A DNA stretch of 64,000 nt, taken from NCBI GenBank assembly GCA_035624785.1, contig DASPQV010000049.1, forward strand, positions 5,731 through 69,730. Direction: 5' to 3'. Position 1 is the stretch's first letter; every line of letters begins with the position of its first letter. The translations under genes were made by a program, and so were the position numbers. This document shows, in pieces, positions 44,528 to 53,730 of this stretch. Source of the DNA: Candidatus Binatia bacterium. Lineage in GTDB: Bacteria > Chloroflexota > Dormibacteria > Aeolococcales > Aeolococcaceae. Below the pieces are notes generated by a model. It made no database searches. It saw only the letters and a list, made by a program, of their open reading frames with translations, and was not told the DNA's origin.

Positions 44528-45907
44528 TCAGGGCCGAGCCGGGGCCGGGGTCGGCGTCGCCGAGGGGCTCGGCGTCGCCGCGGGTGTGGCGCCGGCTGTC
44601 GGGGTGGGCGATGGCGAGGGGATCGCCGACGCGGGCACGTCCTGGCCACCCTGGACGAACTCGCTCCAGGGCACCTGCCAGTCGCCCTCGCCGTCGGAAT
44701 ACGAGGCCTGCAGCGGGCTGCCCTCCACCTCGACGACGTCGCCCACCTGGCTCCAGCTGTAGTAGGCGGTGGCATGGTCGGGGGCCAGGTTGATGCAGCC
44801 GTGCGAGCTGTTCACGGCACGGCCGTAGGTCTGCAGGTTGCAGTTGCTGTCATTGCAGGCCCAGGGGGCGGAGTGGATGTAGTAGCCGTCCGACGAGACC
44901 GCGGTGTCCTGGTAGACGTTCTCGTCGTAGTAGTTCGCCCCGCCCGGGGTGCAGGCGTCGGGAGTGTGGAAGGTGGGGCAGGACTTCATGTCGATGACCG
45001 GGGTGTGGAAGAGCACCACCAGGGTGCCGTCGATGGTGTCGAAGCCGGTCTTGCCGGTGTTGACCGGCCAGTTGTAGAGCAGCGCGTGGTCGTCGTAGAC
45101 CCACATCTGGCGGGACTGGGTGTCGACGATGGTGATGTGGCTGGGCCCGATCGTGAAGGTCTCGTTCCAGTCGCCCAGGCCCCAGTAGCCGTTGCCGGCG
45201 TCCACCCCCTGGAGGTCGCCGACGACGGTCACCACCGTGCCCGGCTCCCAGAAGGCGGCCGGGCGGTAGTGGAGGTCCTGGCTGTCGAACCAGTACCAGC
45301 CGCCGGCCTGGGGAGGGTTGCTGACCACCGCGATGTGGGCGACGATGTCGGACCTGTCGGCGGCGGGGATCGGGGTGTTGAAGTGGAGGTCGATGGGCTC
45401 GCCGATCCCCACGGTCACCCCGTTACCGGGGCCCACGTCGGTGAGCAGCCGGTGCGCCGAGGTGATGGTGGAGAAGGTGGTGGTCGCCCGGACCGCGGCG
45501 TCCCCGCTCGCCTTGGCGGTCGCCGTCACCGTGTAGGTGGCGTCGAGGTCGAGCCCGCCCTGGTACTGCCACTCGCGTCCGTCCGAGGTGAGGTCTGCGG
45601 CCAGGGCGAGCGAGGCGCCATCCTCCTGGACGTTCACCGAGCCGATCTGGGCGTTGGCCGCGGTCACCGTGATGGGCTGGTCGAGGCCGACACCCGAGGA
45701 TCCGTCGGCGGGGGTGACGGTCAGGCTGGGCGGGCCTGACGGGGTGGGTACCGGCGTCGGGGTTGGGGTGGAGAGCCCGCCGGTCACCCCGGCGACCGGC
45801 GTGTCCGCATGCGTCGCCGGCGGAGGCGGCCCCGTGCTGGAGCAGGCGGCGGCCAGCAGACCGAGGACGCCGACGGCCAGCCACCCCCGTCGCGGCGTGC
45901 CTCGCAT
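44528..45907 (-). CDS. L,D-transpeptidase lipoprotein (Ig-like domains plus a YkuD catalytic domain) with a Pro/Thr/Ala-rich C-terminal tail
   Basis: Lipobox LLAAAC. Catalytic motif HSAPW...SSHGCINL. Tail: PSPSPTPTAGATPAATPSPSATPTPAPARP. Confidence 0.85.
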   Translation of the reverse strand: MRGTPRRGWLAVGVLGLLAAACSSTGPPPPATHADTPVAGVTGGLSTPTPTPVPTPSGPPSLTVTPADGSSGVGLDQPITVTAANAQIGSVNVQEDGASLALAADLTSDGREWQYQGGLDLDATYTVTATAKASGDAAVRATTTFSTITSAHRLLTDVGPGNGVTVGIGEPIDLHFNTPIPAADRSDIVAHIAVVSNPPQAGGWYWFDSQDLHYRPAAFWEPGTVVTVVGDLQGVDAGNGYWGLGDWNETFTIGPSHITIVDTQSRQMWVYDDHALLYNWPVNTGKTGFDTIDGTLVVLFHTPVIDMKSCPTFHTPDACTPGGANYYDENVYQDTAVSSDGYYIHSAPWACNDSNCNLQTYGRAVNSSHGCINLAPDHATAYYSWSQVGDVVEVEGSPLQASYSDGEGDWQVPWSEFVQGGQDVPASAIPSPSPTPTAGATPAATPSPSATPTPAPARP

Positions 45908-46019
45908 GGGTCCTCCGCTTCACTCGGTGCCGAGGCGCGGCCCCGGCGTCTCTAGGACGATAACCGCCCAGGGACCGCTCTGGTTACTTTGCAGGCCAGA
46001 CCGCCCCAAGGTCGCGCGC

Positions 46020-47183
46020 TCAGCTCAGCCTTTCGACGACCATGGCCATGCCCATGCCGCCACCGACGCACATGGTCTCCAGGCCCAGCTGGCCGTCCTT
46101 CTCCTGGAGGCCGTTGAGCAGGGTGCAGAGGATCCTCGCCCCGGTCATGCCGAAGGGGTGGCCCAGAGCGATGGCGCCGCCGTGGGGGTTGAGGCGGTCG
46201 TCGAATGGGTCGAGCCCCAGGCCTCGTGCCGAGGGGATCACCTGAGCGGCGAAGGCCTCGTTGATCTCGATGATGTCCATGTCGTCGATGCTCATTCCGG
46301 CCCGGGACAGGGCCTGGCGGGATGCTGCGATCGGCCCCAGGCCCATGAACTCGGGCTCCAGGGCGGAGAGGCCGGTGGAGACCACTCGGGCCAGGGGCTG
46401 GATGCCCAGCTCCTCCGCCTTGCGGTCGCTCATCACCACCACCGCGGCCGCCCCGTCGTTGAGGGGGCAGGAGTTGCCCGCGGTCACGCTGCCCCCCTCC
46501 CGGAAGGCCGCCTCCAGGGCCGCCAGCTTCTCCAGGGAGGTGTTGCGGCGAGGGCCGTCGTCGGTGGCCGGGAGCCCCCCCTCGCCGGTCGGCATGGGCA
46601 CGATCTCCCGGGCGTAGAACCCGGAATCCTGGGAGGCCACGGCCAGCTCCTGGGAGCGCAGTCCGAAGCGGTCCATCTCCTCGCGGGAGATGCGCTCGCG
46701 TCGGGCCACGTTCTCGGCGGTCTCGCCCATCAGGATGTAGATGTCCGGGTAGGCCTCGGCGTTGCCCGCTTCCAACCGCGGGTTGCGGTTGTTGGGCATG
46801 TCGCTGGTGCCGTACTGGTAGCGGGTGATCGACTCGACGCCCACCGAGAGGAAGACCTCCCCTTCACCGCAGCGGATGGCGTGGGCCGCCATCCTGGTGG
46901 TCTGCAGCGAAGAGGCGCAGTAGCGGTTGACGGTCGTCCCGGGGACGTTGAGGCGGGTGAGGATGGATACCACCCGCCCGATGTTGAAGCCCTGCTCCCC
47001 CCCCGGAAGCCCGCAGCCGCAGATCAGGTCGTCGATGCTCCGGCGGTCGAGGGCCGGCAGCTTGTCGAGAACGCTCTCGACCACGTGGGCGGCCAGGTCA
47101 TCCGACCTCCAGTTGACCAGGCTGCCCTTGAAGGCCCGCCCGATCGGCGACCGGCCGAAAGCGGCGATGACGGGCTCGGGCAT
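46020..47183 (-). CDS. Acetyl-CoA acetyltransferase (thiolase)
   Basis: NRYCASSLQ (nucleophilic Cys), NEAFAAQ, GHPFGMTGAR, and CVGGGMGMA. GGGAGG SD before ATG 47181..47183. Confidence 0.9.
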   Translation of the reverse strand: MPEPVIAAFGRSPIGRAFKGSLVNWRSDDLAAHVVESVLDKLPALDRRSIDDLICGCGLPGGEQGFNIGRVVSILTRLNVPGTTVNRYCASSLQTTRMAAHAIRCGEGEVFLSVGVESITRYQYGTSDMPNNRNPRLEAGNAEAYPDIYILMGETAENVARRERISREEMDRFGLRSQELAVASQDSGFYAREIVPMPTGEGGLPATDDGPRRNTSLEKLAALEAAFREGGSVTAGNSCPLNDGAAAVVVMSDRKAEELGIQPLARVVSTGLSALEPEFMGLGPIAASRQALSRAGMSIDDMDIIEINEAFAAQVIPSARGLGLDPFDDRLNPHGGAIALGHPFGMTGARILCTLLNGLQEKDGQLGLETMCVGGGMGMAMVVERLS

Positions 47184-47371
47184 GTGAAGAACCTCCCAGC
47201 TGGTTGCTTTCTCCGATTCTGTCTCAATCCCCGCGCCGCCGGCGCCCGCCACCTCGCCCCGCGCCTTTTGACCGCCCGGGCTCCGTCGACGAAGGGCCCC
47301 AGAAGCTGGGGCCCTTCGGCAGTGTCGGAACGCTGGGCGGGCTGGCAAGGTGGTGGCGGAGGCCTGAATAG

Positions 47372-49099
47372 ATGAGGAACGTGCTGCGTTCGCCAGCCCT
47401 GGTGCCCTGGCTTGGCTCGTCCAAGCCGGAGCGTGAACGGCCCTGCGGTTACGAGTTGCTCGCCGAACCGTCGCTCAACAAGGACGCCGCCTTCACCGAG
47501 GAGGAGCGCGCCACCTGCCATCTGCGCGGTCTCCTGCCCTGGCGGGTGGTGACCATCCAGGAGCAGATGGCCCTGGAGTTGGAGCACCTCCGGCGCAAGG
47601 GCGACGATCTGGAGCGCTACATCGGCCTGGCGGCCCTCCATGACCGCAACGAGACCCTCTTCTTCCGCATGCTCATCGAGCACCTCGAGGAGCTGGCTCC
47701 GATCGTCTACACGCCCACGGTGGGCTACGCCTGCCGGGAGTTCAGCCACGTGGTCCGCCGGCCCCGGGGGATCTGGATCACCCCGGACGACGTCGATCGC
47801 ATCCGCGACCTGCTCCGCAACGCCGGCCGGCCCGAGGTGCGCCTGATCGTCGTCACCGACAACGAGCGCATCCTCGGGCTCGGCGACCAGGGGGCGGGGG
47901 GCATGGGCATCCCGGTGGGCAAGCTCGCCCTCTACACCGCTGGCGCCGGCATTCACCCCTCGCTGACCCTGCCCGTGTCCCTCGACTGCGGCACCGACAA
48001 CCAGAAGCTGCTCGACGATCCCCTCTACCTGGGCTATCCCAAGCCGCGGCTGCGTGGCGCCGCCTACGACGCCTTCATCGAGACCTTCGTGGAGGCGGTC
48101 GAGGACGTCTTCCCCCACTGCCTGGTGCAGTGGGAGGACTTCAAGCAGCACAACGCCATCCGGCTCCTCGACCGCTACCGGCAGCGGATCCCCAGCTTCA
48201 ATGACGACATCCAGGGAACCGCGGCGGTGATCCTGGGTGGCATCCAGGCCTACCTCCGCCACGCCGGGGAGCCGCTGCCGAAGCAGCGGGTGATGTTCCT
48301 CGGCGCCGGGGCGGCGGGCATCGGGATCGCCCGGCTGATCCAGGCGGCCATGCGCGCCGAGGGGGCCGACCCCGAGGAGGTCCGGCGGGCGGTGGTGATG
48401 CTGGATTCCCGGGGGCTGCTCTTCGAGGGGCGCGACCACATCGAGGACGACAAGCGGCCATTCGCCCTGACCGCGGGCGACATGGCGCGTCTCGAGCTCG
48501 ACGGTGAGCCCGGTGACCTCGAGACGGTGGTGCGCCATGTGGCGCCCACCATCCTGATCGGGACCAGCGGGAAGGCAGGGGCCTTCTCCGAGGGGGCCAT
48601 CCGGGCCATGGCGGCCCAGGCCCGCCGGCCGGTGGTCCTGGCTCTGAGCAACCCCAATGCCAACTGCGAGGCGCTCCCCGAGGACGTGCTCGCCTGGACC
48701 GGCGGCCGCGCCGTGGTCGCCACCGGGAGCCCGTTCCCATCCGTGGAGGTGGAGGGCGTGCCCCGGCTGATCGGCCAGGCCAACAACGTCTTCATCTTCC
48801 CGGGCATCGGGATGGGGGCGATCGTGGCCCATGCCCGGGAGGTGAGCGATCGGATGCTCCTGGTCGCCGCCAGCGCGCTCGCCGAGGCGGTGCCGCGGGA
48901 GCGGCTGGCCCAGGGAGCCATCTATCCCAGCCTCAACGATCTGAGGCCGATCTCGCGGCGGGTGGCGGTTGCGGTGGCCTGCCAGGCGCGCGACGAGGGG
49001 CTGGGGCGGGTGGCCGGCGACGAGGAGATCGGGGCTGCCGTGGACGCGGCAATGTGGATGCCCGAGTACATCTCGCCACCCGGCCCGGAGGGATGCTGA
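47372..49099 (+). CDS. NAD(P)-dependent malic enzyme
   Basis: LNKDAAFTEEER, VYTPTVG, VVTDNERILGLGDQGAGGMGIPVGKLALYTA, FLGAGAAGIGIA, and LSNPN. GGAGG SD. Confidence 0.9.
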   Translation: MRNVLRSPALVPWLGSSKPERERPCGYELLAEPSLNKDAAFTEEERATCHLRGLLPWRVVTIQEQMALELEHLRRKGDDLERYIGLAALHDRNETLFFRMLIEHLEELAPIVYTPTVGYACREFSHVVRRPRGIWITPDDVDRIRDLLRNAGRPEVRLIVVTDNERILGLGDQGAGGMGIPVGKLALYTAGAGIHPSLTLPVSLDCGTDNQKLLDDPLYLGYPKPRLRGAAYDAFIETFVEAVEDVFPHCLVQWEDFKQHNAIRLLDRYRQRIPSFNDDIQGTAAVILGGIQAYLRHAGEPLPKQRVMFLGAGAAGIGIARLIQAAMRAEGADPEEVRRAVVMLDSRGLLFEGRDHIEDDKRPFALTAGDMARLELDGEPGDLETVVRHVAPTILIGTSGKAGAFSEGAIRAMAAQARRPVVLALSNPNANCEALPEDVLAWTGGRAVVATGSPFPSVEVEGVPRLIGQANNVFIFPGIGMGAIVAHAREVSDRMLLVAASALAEAVPRERLAQGAIYPSLNDLRPISRRVAVAVACQARDEGLGRVAGDEEIGAAVDAAMWMPEYISPPGPEGC

Positions 49100-49114
49100 C
49101 CCTGCGGACGGGGG

Positions 49115-49279
49115 TCAGCGCGTGACCAGCCAGTAGACGACGGCCAGGGGCACGCAGGCGGCCAGGGCCAGGGCGGTGACCAGGCGCCGCCGCGGGCTGG
49201 AGCGGCGGTCGCGCAGCACCGCCGCCACCGCCGCGACCCAGAGCAGGCAGCCGAGCCCGATCAGCAGGTAGCCGAGCAT
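49115..49279 (-). CDS. Small (54 aa) two-TM membrane protein not in the ORF track, PLD-nuclease-N-terminal-domain-like
   Basis: My own translation is MLGYLLIGLGCLLWVAAVAAVLRDRRSSPRRRLVTALALAACVPLAVVYWLVTR*. The ATG shares 1 nt with the threonine dehydratase stop (TGATG). Confidence 0.4.
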   Translation of the reverse strand: MLGYLLIGLGCLLWVAAVAAVLRDRRSSPRRRLVTALALAACVPLAVVYWLVTR

Positions 49280-50250
49280 CAGGAGCTGGCGAGCACCGCA
49301 GCGAGCTGCGCCGGGCTGATGTTGGCGCCGGTGCAGAGCAGGGCCACCCGGCGGCTCTCGAGATGGGGCCGGAGAGCTGGGCTGAGGGCGGCCGCCAGGG
49401 CCGCCGCTCCCGCCGGTTCCACCAGGGTCCGGGTCTTCTCGATCATCAGCCGGGTCGCCCGGAGCAGATCGCCGTCGTCGACCAGCAGGAAGTCGCTGAG
49501 CAGGGTGCGGAGGATTCGCTGGGGGAGGGCGAAGGCAGTGCCAGTCGAGAGCCCCTCGGCGACGGTGGTGTTGGCCCGCTCCACGGCGGCGCCCGCCTCC
49601 CAGGAGTCGTGGGCGGCGCTGGCCTGTGCCGACTGCACGCCGATCACCCGGATTCGCGGGCTGACCGCTCGGGCCACGATGCAGGCGCCCGCCGCCCCGC
49701 TGCCGCCGCCGATGGGAACCACGATGACCTCGACGGTGGGCTGATCCTCGAGCAGCTCCAGGGTGTGGGTGGCGACCCCGGCGATGAGATCGGGTTCGTC
49801 ACCGGAGTGGATGTAGCGGCGACCTCGCTCCGCCGCGAACCGCTCGCACTCCCGGCGGGCTTCGTCGAACTTGCGTCCCGCGAAGACCACCTCGGCGCCG
49901 AGGTCATGCATCGCCTCCACCTTCACGGGGTTGGCGCCCTCGGGGACGAAGACTGTCGCCGGCACCCCGAAGAGGCGGGCCGCGTAGGCGATCGACTGCC
50001 CGTGGTTGCCGGTGGAGGCGGTGGCCACTCCCGCGGCCCTGGTCTGGCCGTCAAGCCGGCTCATCAGGTTGATGCCACCGCGGACCTTGAAGGCTCCGGT
50101 GGGCATGAGGTTCTCGTGCTTGACCCAGACCTCGGCGCCCACCAACTGGTCCAGGCCGGCATAGCGGCGGAGGGGGGTGCGAGGAAGGTGGGCGGAGATC
50201 CGGTTCCGCGCATTGAGAACGTCGACCAGAGTGGGGGGCTGGAGCATCAT
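49279..50250 (-). CDS. Threonine ammonia-lyase / threonine dehydratase (fold-type II PLP, catabolic-size)
   Basis: VKHENLMPTGAFKVRGG (PLP Lys), STGNHGQSIAYAA, and PIGGGSGAAG. I take the start at MMLQPP (50250). The 407-aa track ORF is an extension. Confidence 0.85.
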   Translation of the reverse strand: MMLQPPTLVDVLNARNRISAHLPRTPLRRYAGLDQLVGAEVWVKHENLMPTGAFKVRGGINLMSRLDGQTRAAGVATASTGNHGQSIAYAARLFGVPATVFVPEGANPVKVEAMHDLGAEVVFAGRKFDEARRECERFAAERGRRYIHSGDEPDLIAGVATHTLELLEDQPTVEVIVVPIGGGSGAAGACIVARAVSPRIRVIGVQSAQASAAHDSWEAGAAVERANTTVAEGLSTGTAFALPQRILRTLLSDFLLVDDGDLLRATRLMIEKTRTLVEPAGAAALAAALSPALRPHLESRRVALLCTGANISPAQLAAVLASS

Positions 50251-50299
50251 GGCGGCATGGTATTGGGGGCGGCGGTCGCGCTGCCCGGGGAGGAGACCG

Positions 50300-51931
50300 A
50301 TGCAGAGCACGATGCAGGACGTGCCCCTCACCGTCACCGAGATCTTCCGGAGGGGACGGCGCATATACGGGGACAGCCAGGTGGTGACCTTCGAAGGTGA
50401 GGGCTCGCGACGGGCCAGCTTCGCCGAGGTCGCTGACCGCACCGACCGGCTCGCCGCCGGGCTGCGCCGTCTCGGTGTCGGCCCCGGTGACCGGGTGGGC
50501 ACCCTGTGCTGGAACCACCAGGCGCACCTGGAGGCTTACTTCGCGGTCCCCGGCCTGGGCGCGGTGCTCCACACCCTCAACCTGCGCCTCTACCCGCCGC
50601 AGCTGGCCTTCATCATCAACCACGCCGAGGACCGGGTGATCATCGCCGACGCCAGCCTGCTGCCGCTCCTGACTGCTATCCGGCCGAGTCTCAGGACCGT
50701 CGAGAAGATCGTGCTCGTCGGCAAGGGCGATGCCACCGGGCTCGGCGAGGTGATCGGCTACGAGGAGCTCATCGCGGGTTCACCGCCGCTTCGGGCTTGG
50801 CCCGAGCTCGACGAGCGCCAGGCGGCGGCGATGTGCTACACGACCGGGACGACCGGCGATCCCCGCGGGGTGGTGTACAGCCACCGCTCGATCTGGCTGC
50901 ATTCGTTCGCCGTGGGTCACAACTTCCGGCTCGACGACTCCGATCGCATCTGCATGATCGTGCCGATGTTCCACGTCCTCGCCTGGGGGACCCCTCACGC
51001 CGCGTGGATGGGCGGTTGCGACATGCACCTGCCCGAGCGGTTCCTCCAGCCCGAGCCGCTCCTCTCCTTCATCCTCCAGGAGCGTCCGACCTTCCTGGGT
51101 GGCGTTCCCACCATCTATCAGGGGCTCCTCGGCGCGGCCCTGGCGACCGGGGCCGACCTCAGCTTCGTCCGGCTCGGGATCGGCGGCGGAGCCGCGGTTC
51201 CCACCAGCCTGATGCAGGCGTACCAGCGCTGGTTCCCGCTGGTCCAGGCCTGGGGCATGACCGAGACCAGCCCGATCGGGACCGTGGCCCACCCACCGCG
51301 GGGCGTCACCGAGGATCATCCCGACTACTGGCGCTACCGGTCCAAGACCGGGCGCATCGTCGCCGGCGTCGAGCTGCGCATCACCGACCCGGGGGGCGAC
51401 GAGCTGCCCTGGGACGGCGAGTCCGTCGGCGAGATCGAGGTCAGGGGCCCCTGGATCACCGCCAGCTACTTCGGCATCGATGCCAGCGGAAGCTTCCACG
51501 ACGGCTGGCTGCGCACCGGGGACGTCGGCAGCGTCGACGCCCGCGGCTACGTCCAGATCACCGACCGGTCCAAGGATGTCATCAAGTCGGGGGGGGAGTG
51601 GATCAGCTCGGTGGAGCTCGAGAACCACCTGATGGCCCATCCCGCAGTGGTGGACGTGGCGGTGGTCGGTATCCCCGACCAGCGCTGGCAGGAGCGGCCG
51701 CTCGCGGTGGTCGCGCTCCGGCCGGGACAGCCCGCCGATCCCGAGGAGCTGCGCCAGTACCTCGCCGGCAAGGTCGCCCACTTCTCGCTGCCGGAGTCAT
51801 GGGCCTTCGTCACCGAGATCCCCAAGACCTCGGTGGGCAAGCAGGACAAGAAGCTGATCCGGAGGATGCAGGCCGAGGGCAGGCTGGAGGTGCAGCGGGT
51901 CTCGGAGCCCCGGGAGGCGGCGGGTTCCTGA
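50300..51931 (+). CDS. Long/medium-chain fatty-acid--CoA ligase (ANL superfamily)
   Basis: AMP motif MCYTTGTTGDPRGVVYSH, GMTET, WLRTGD, and DRSKDVIKSGGEWISS. GGAGGAG SD before ATG 50300. Confidence 0.9.
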   Translation: MQSTMQDVPLTVTEIFRRGRRIYGDSQVVTFEGEGSRRASFAEVADRTDRLAAGLRRLGVGPGDRVGTLCWNHQAHLEAYFAVPGLGAVLHTLNLRLYPPQLAFIINHAEDRVIIADASLLPLLTAIRPSLRTVEKIVLVGKGDATGLGEVIGYEELIAGSPPLRAWPELDERQAAAMCYTTGTTGDPRGVVYSHRSIWLHSFAVGHNFRLDDSDRICMIVPMFHVLAWGTPHAAWMGGCDMHLPERFLQPEPLLSFILQERPTFLGGVPTIYQGLLGAALATGADLSFVRLGIGGGAAVPTSLMQAYQRWFPLVQAWGMTETSPIGTVAHPPRGVTEDHPDYWRYRSKTGRIVAGVELRITDPGGDELPWDGESVGEIEVRGPWITASYFGIDASGSFHDGWLRTGDVGSVDARGYVQITDRSKDVIKSGGEWISSVELENHLMAHPAVVDVAVVGIPDQRWQERPLAVVALRPGQPADPEELRQYLAGKVAHFSLPESWAFVTEIPKTSVGKQDKKLIRRMQAEGRLEVQRVSEPREAAGS

Positions 51932-51941
51932 CATCCGGCGC

Positions 51942-52775
51942 CTACAGGACGCCGGCGGCCTCCAGGGCGGCTTCGTGCAGCCTGCCGTTGCTCGAGATCC
52001 CGGGCCCTCCGATCGGCGAGTCGGCGCTCCGATCGGTGAAGCGCCCCCCGGCCTCCTCGACGATGAGAGCGAGGGCGGCGAAATCCCAGAGGTTGGCCCG
52101 GGCGGACCAGCCGATGTCGGCGGTGCCCCGCGCGACGTTGAGGTGGGAGAGGGCATTGCCCATGCTGCGGCTGTCCCAGCAGCGCCCCGCCAGCTGCCGC
52201 AGCCGGTCGTCGACGCCCGCCCGGACGAATCCGGCCACGCTGGTGTGGGCGAGCATCGCGGCCCCCAGGCTATCGACGGCAGAGACGTGGATGGCGGCGT
52301 CGTTGAGGGTGGCGCCCCCGCCTCGGGTGGCCGCGAATCGCAGCCCCATGGCGGGAACGGTGGCCACCGCCACCACGCCGAGGCCGCCCCGCTGGAGCGC
52401 GATCAACGAGCCCCAGGTCTCGAAGCCGCGGATGAAGCTGCGGGTGCCGTCGATGGGGTCGACGACCCAGCGTTCCCCGGCGGTGTCGGCCGGGTCGCCC
52501 CCGAACTCCTCGCCGATCACCCGCTCCCCGGGGCGATGGCGGGCGACCTCCTCGCGGATCCGCTCCTCGATGCGGCGGTCGGCCTCGGTGACCTCGGTGA
52601 GGTCGGGCTTGCGCTCGACCACCAGGCCCACCCTCCGGAAGCTGGCCATCGAGATGGAGTCGGCGATGTCGGCGAGCTCGTGGGCGAAGCGGAGATCGGG
52701 GTCCACGCGCAGCAACGGTAGCGGAGCGGGCGGGGGACCGGCGGCGGACGCGGCGCTAATCTGGGAGACGCCCAC
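51942..52775 (-). CDS. Inositol-monophosphatase-family phosphatase (HisN-like histidinol-phosphatase candidate)
   Basis: EADRRIEERI, IGEEFGG, WVVDPIDGT, and NLWDFAAL. The start is uncertain (alternative GTG at 52704..52706). Confidence 0.8.
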   Translation of the reverse strand: MGVSQISAASAAGPPPAPLPLLRVDPDLRFAHELADIADSISMASFRRVGLVVERKPDLTEVTEADRRIEERIREEVARHRPGERVIGEEFGGDPADTAGERWVVDPIDGTRSFIRGFETWGSLIALQRGGLGVVAVATVPAMGLRFAATRGGGATLNDAAIHVSAVDSLGAAMLAHTSVAGFVRAGVDDRLRQLAGRCWDSRSMGNALSHLNVARGTADIGWSARANLWDFAALALIVEEAGGRFTDRSADSPIGGPGISSNGRLHEAALEAAGVL

Positions 52776-52804
52776 ACCCGCCGCCCAGATGAGGTCGACG
52801 ACCC

Positions 52805-53452
52805 ATGCCGCATCGCAAGCTCTCCGTCCTCGAACCGACCGGCTTCGTCATCCTTCGCGACCACACGGGGCCGTCGATCCCTGCCCAGCAATACCGCAAT
52901 CTGGAGTTCATCGACTGGAAGTCGGGCGGCGACACCAACTTCGCGCCGCTCGCCTCCGCCCTGGGCGAGATGGAGTGCCACGGTTTCTGGGATCACGGCA
53001 AGCCCGACAAGGACGGTGTCTGGACGGCCAACCGGAGGATCGCTCCCTCCCTGGTCAGCTATGTCGAGCAGATCGGAGCTCGCTATGGCCGCGTCCGGGT
53101 CATCGAGCTCAATCCCAGCGACGAGGCCGCCGCGCTGCGGCAGCTGCATCTCGATGACAACAACCGGCTCAACCCGGACGGCGAGGGGTGGGTGGTCCGC
53201 GCCTGGCTGGAGCTCGACGCGCCGGCGGGATCCACCTTCATCCTCCGGGAGAAGCGGGACGATCCCAGCACCGAGACCCGGATCCCGCTCCACCCGGGGC
53301 GCCAGCTGGTCATCGACACCGAGCGCCTCTACCACGTCGTCCACAACCCGGGTCCGGCACCCCGGCACGCCCTGATCACCTCGTTCGAGTCCGGGGACGC
53401 CCTCCAGGCGTGGATCGACAGCGAGCTTCCCGCCGAGGTGGCCGTCCGCTGA
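52805..53452 (+). CDS. Hypothetical protein, possible cupin/2OG-Fe(II)-oxygenase-like fold
   Basis: HxD...H arrangement (QLHLDDNN ... RLYHVVHN). Hand-counted GC in several rows is somewhat lower (60-67%) than in neighbouring genes. The family was not recognised with confidence. Confidence 0.45.
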   Translation: MPHRKLSVLEPTGFVILRDHTGPSIPAQQYRNLEFIDWKSGGDTNFAPLASALGEMECHGFWDHGKPDKDGVWTANRRIAPSLVSYVEQIGARYGRVRVIELNPSDEAAALRQLHLDDNNRLNPDGEGWVVRAWLELDAPAGSTFILREKRDDPSTETRIPLHPGRQLVIDTERLYHVVHNPGPAPRHALITSFESGDALQAWIDSELPAEVAVR

Positions 53453-53454
53453 GC

Positions 53455-53730
53455 TCAGCCGCCGGAGACGGCGGGGGCCACGAACACCTCGGCGCCATCC
53501 CTGACGGGGGTGCTGAGGCAGCCCTCGCCACGCACCCCGGCGCCGTCGACGAACACCAGCACGTGGGGCCGGATCTGGCCGCGCTCGTCGCGCAGCCGGC
53601 GCTCCAGGATGGGCAACCTGGCCGCCAGGTCGTCGAAGACGGCGCCGAGCGTCGAGCCCTGGACCTCGATCTGGGCGGCGCCGTCAGCGAGGGGGCGGAG
53701 CGGGGCCGGGAGCACCAGCCGGGAGCTCAT
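53455..53730 (-). CDS. MoaD/ThiS-family ubiquitin-like (beta-grasp) carrier protein ending in Gly-Gly
   Basis: 91 aa. The C-terminus is ...DGAEVFVAPAVSGG followed by the stop, with a typical MoaD layout (VQGSTLGAVFDDL...VLVFVDG). The ATG overlaps the upstream stop (ATGA). Confidence 0.8.
   Translation of the reverse strand: MSSRLVLPAPLRPLADGAAQIEVQGSTLGAVFDDLAARLPILERRLRDERGQIRPHVLVFVDGAGVRGEGCLSTPVRDGAEVFVAPAVSGG

Noticed and set aside
42874-44775. 633-aa minus-strand ORF opposite the flippase. Similar cases are 47024..48832 opposite the malic enzyme and 46... plus-strand ORF 45537..47375 opposite the thiolase.
   Set aside because: The reasoning is the same in each case. The opposite strand encodes a protein with clear family signatures or coherent TM topology, and these ORFs have biased composition and no motifs.
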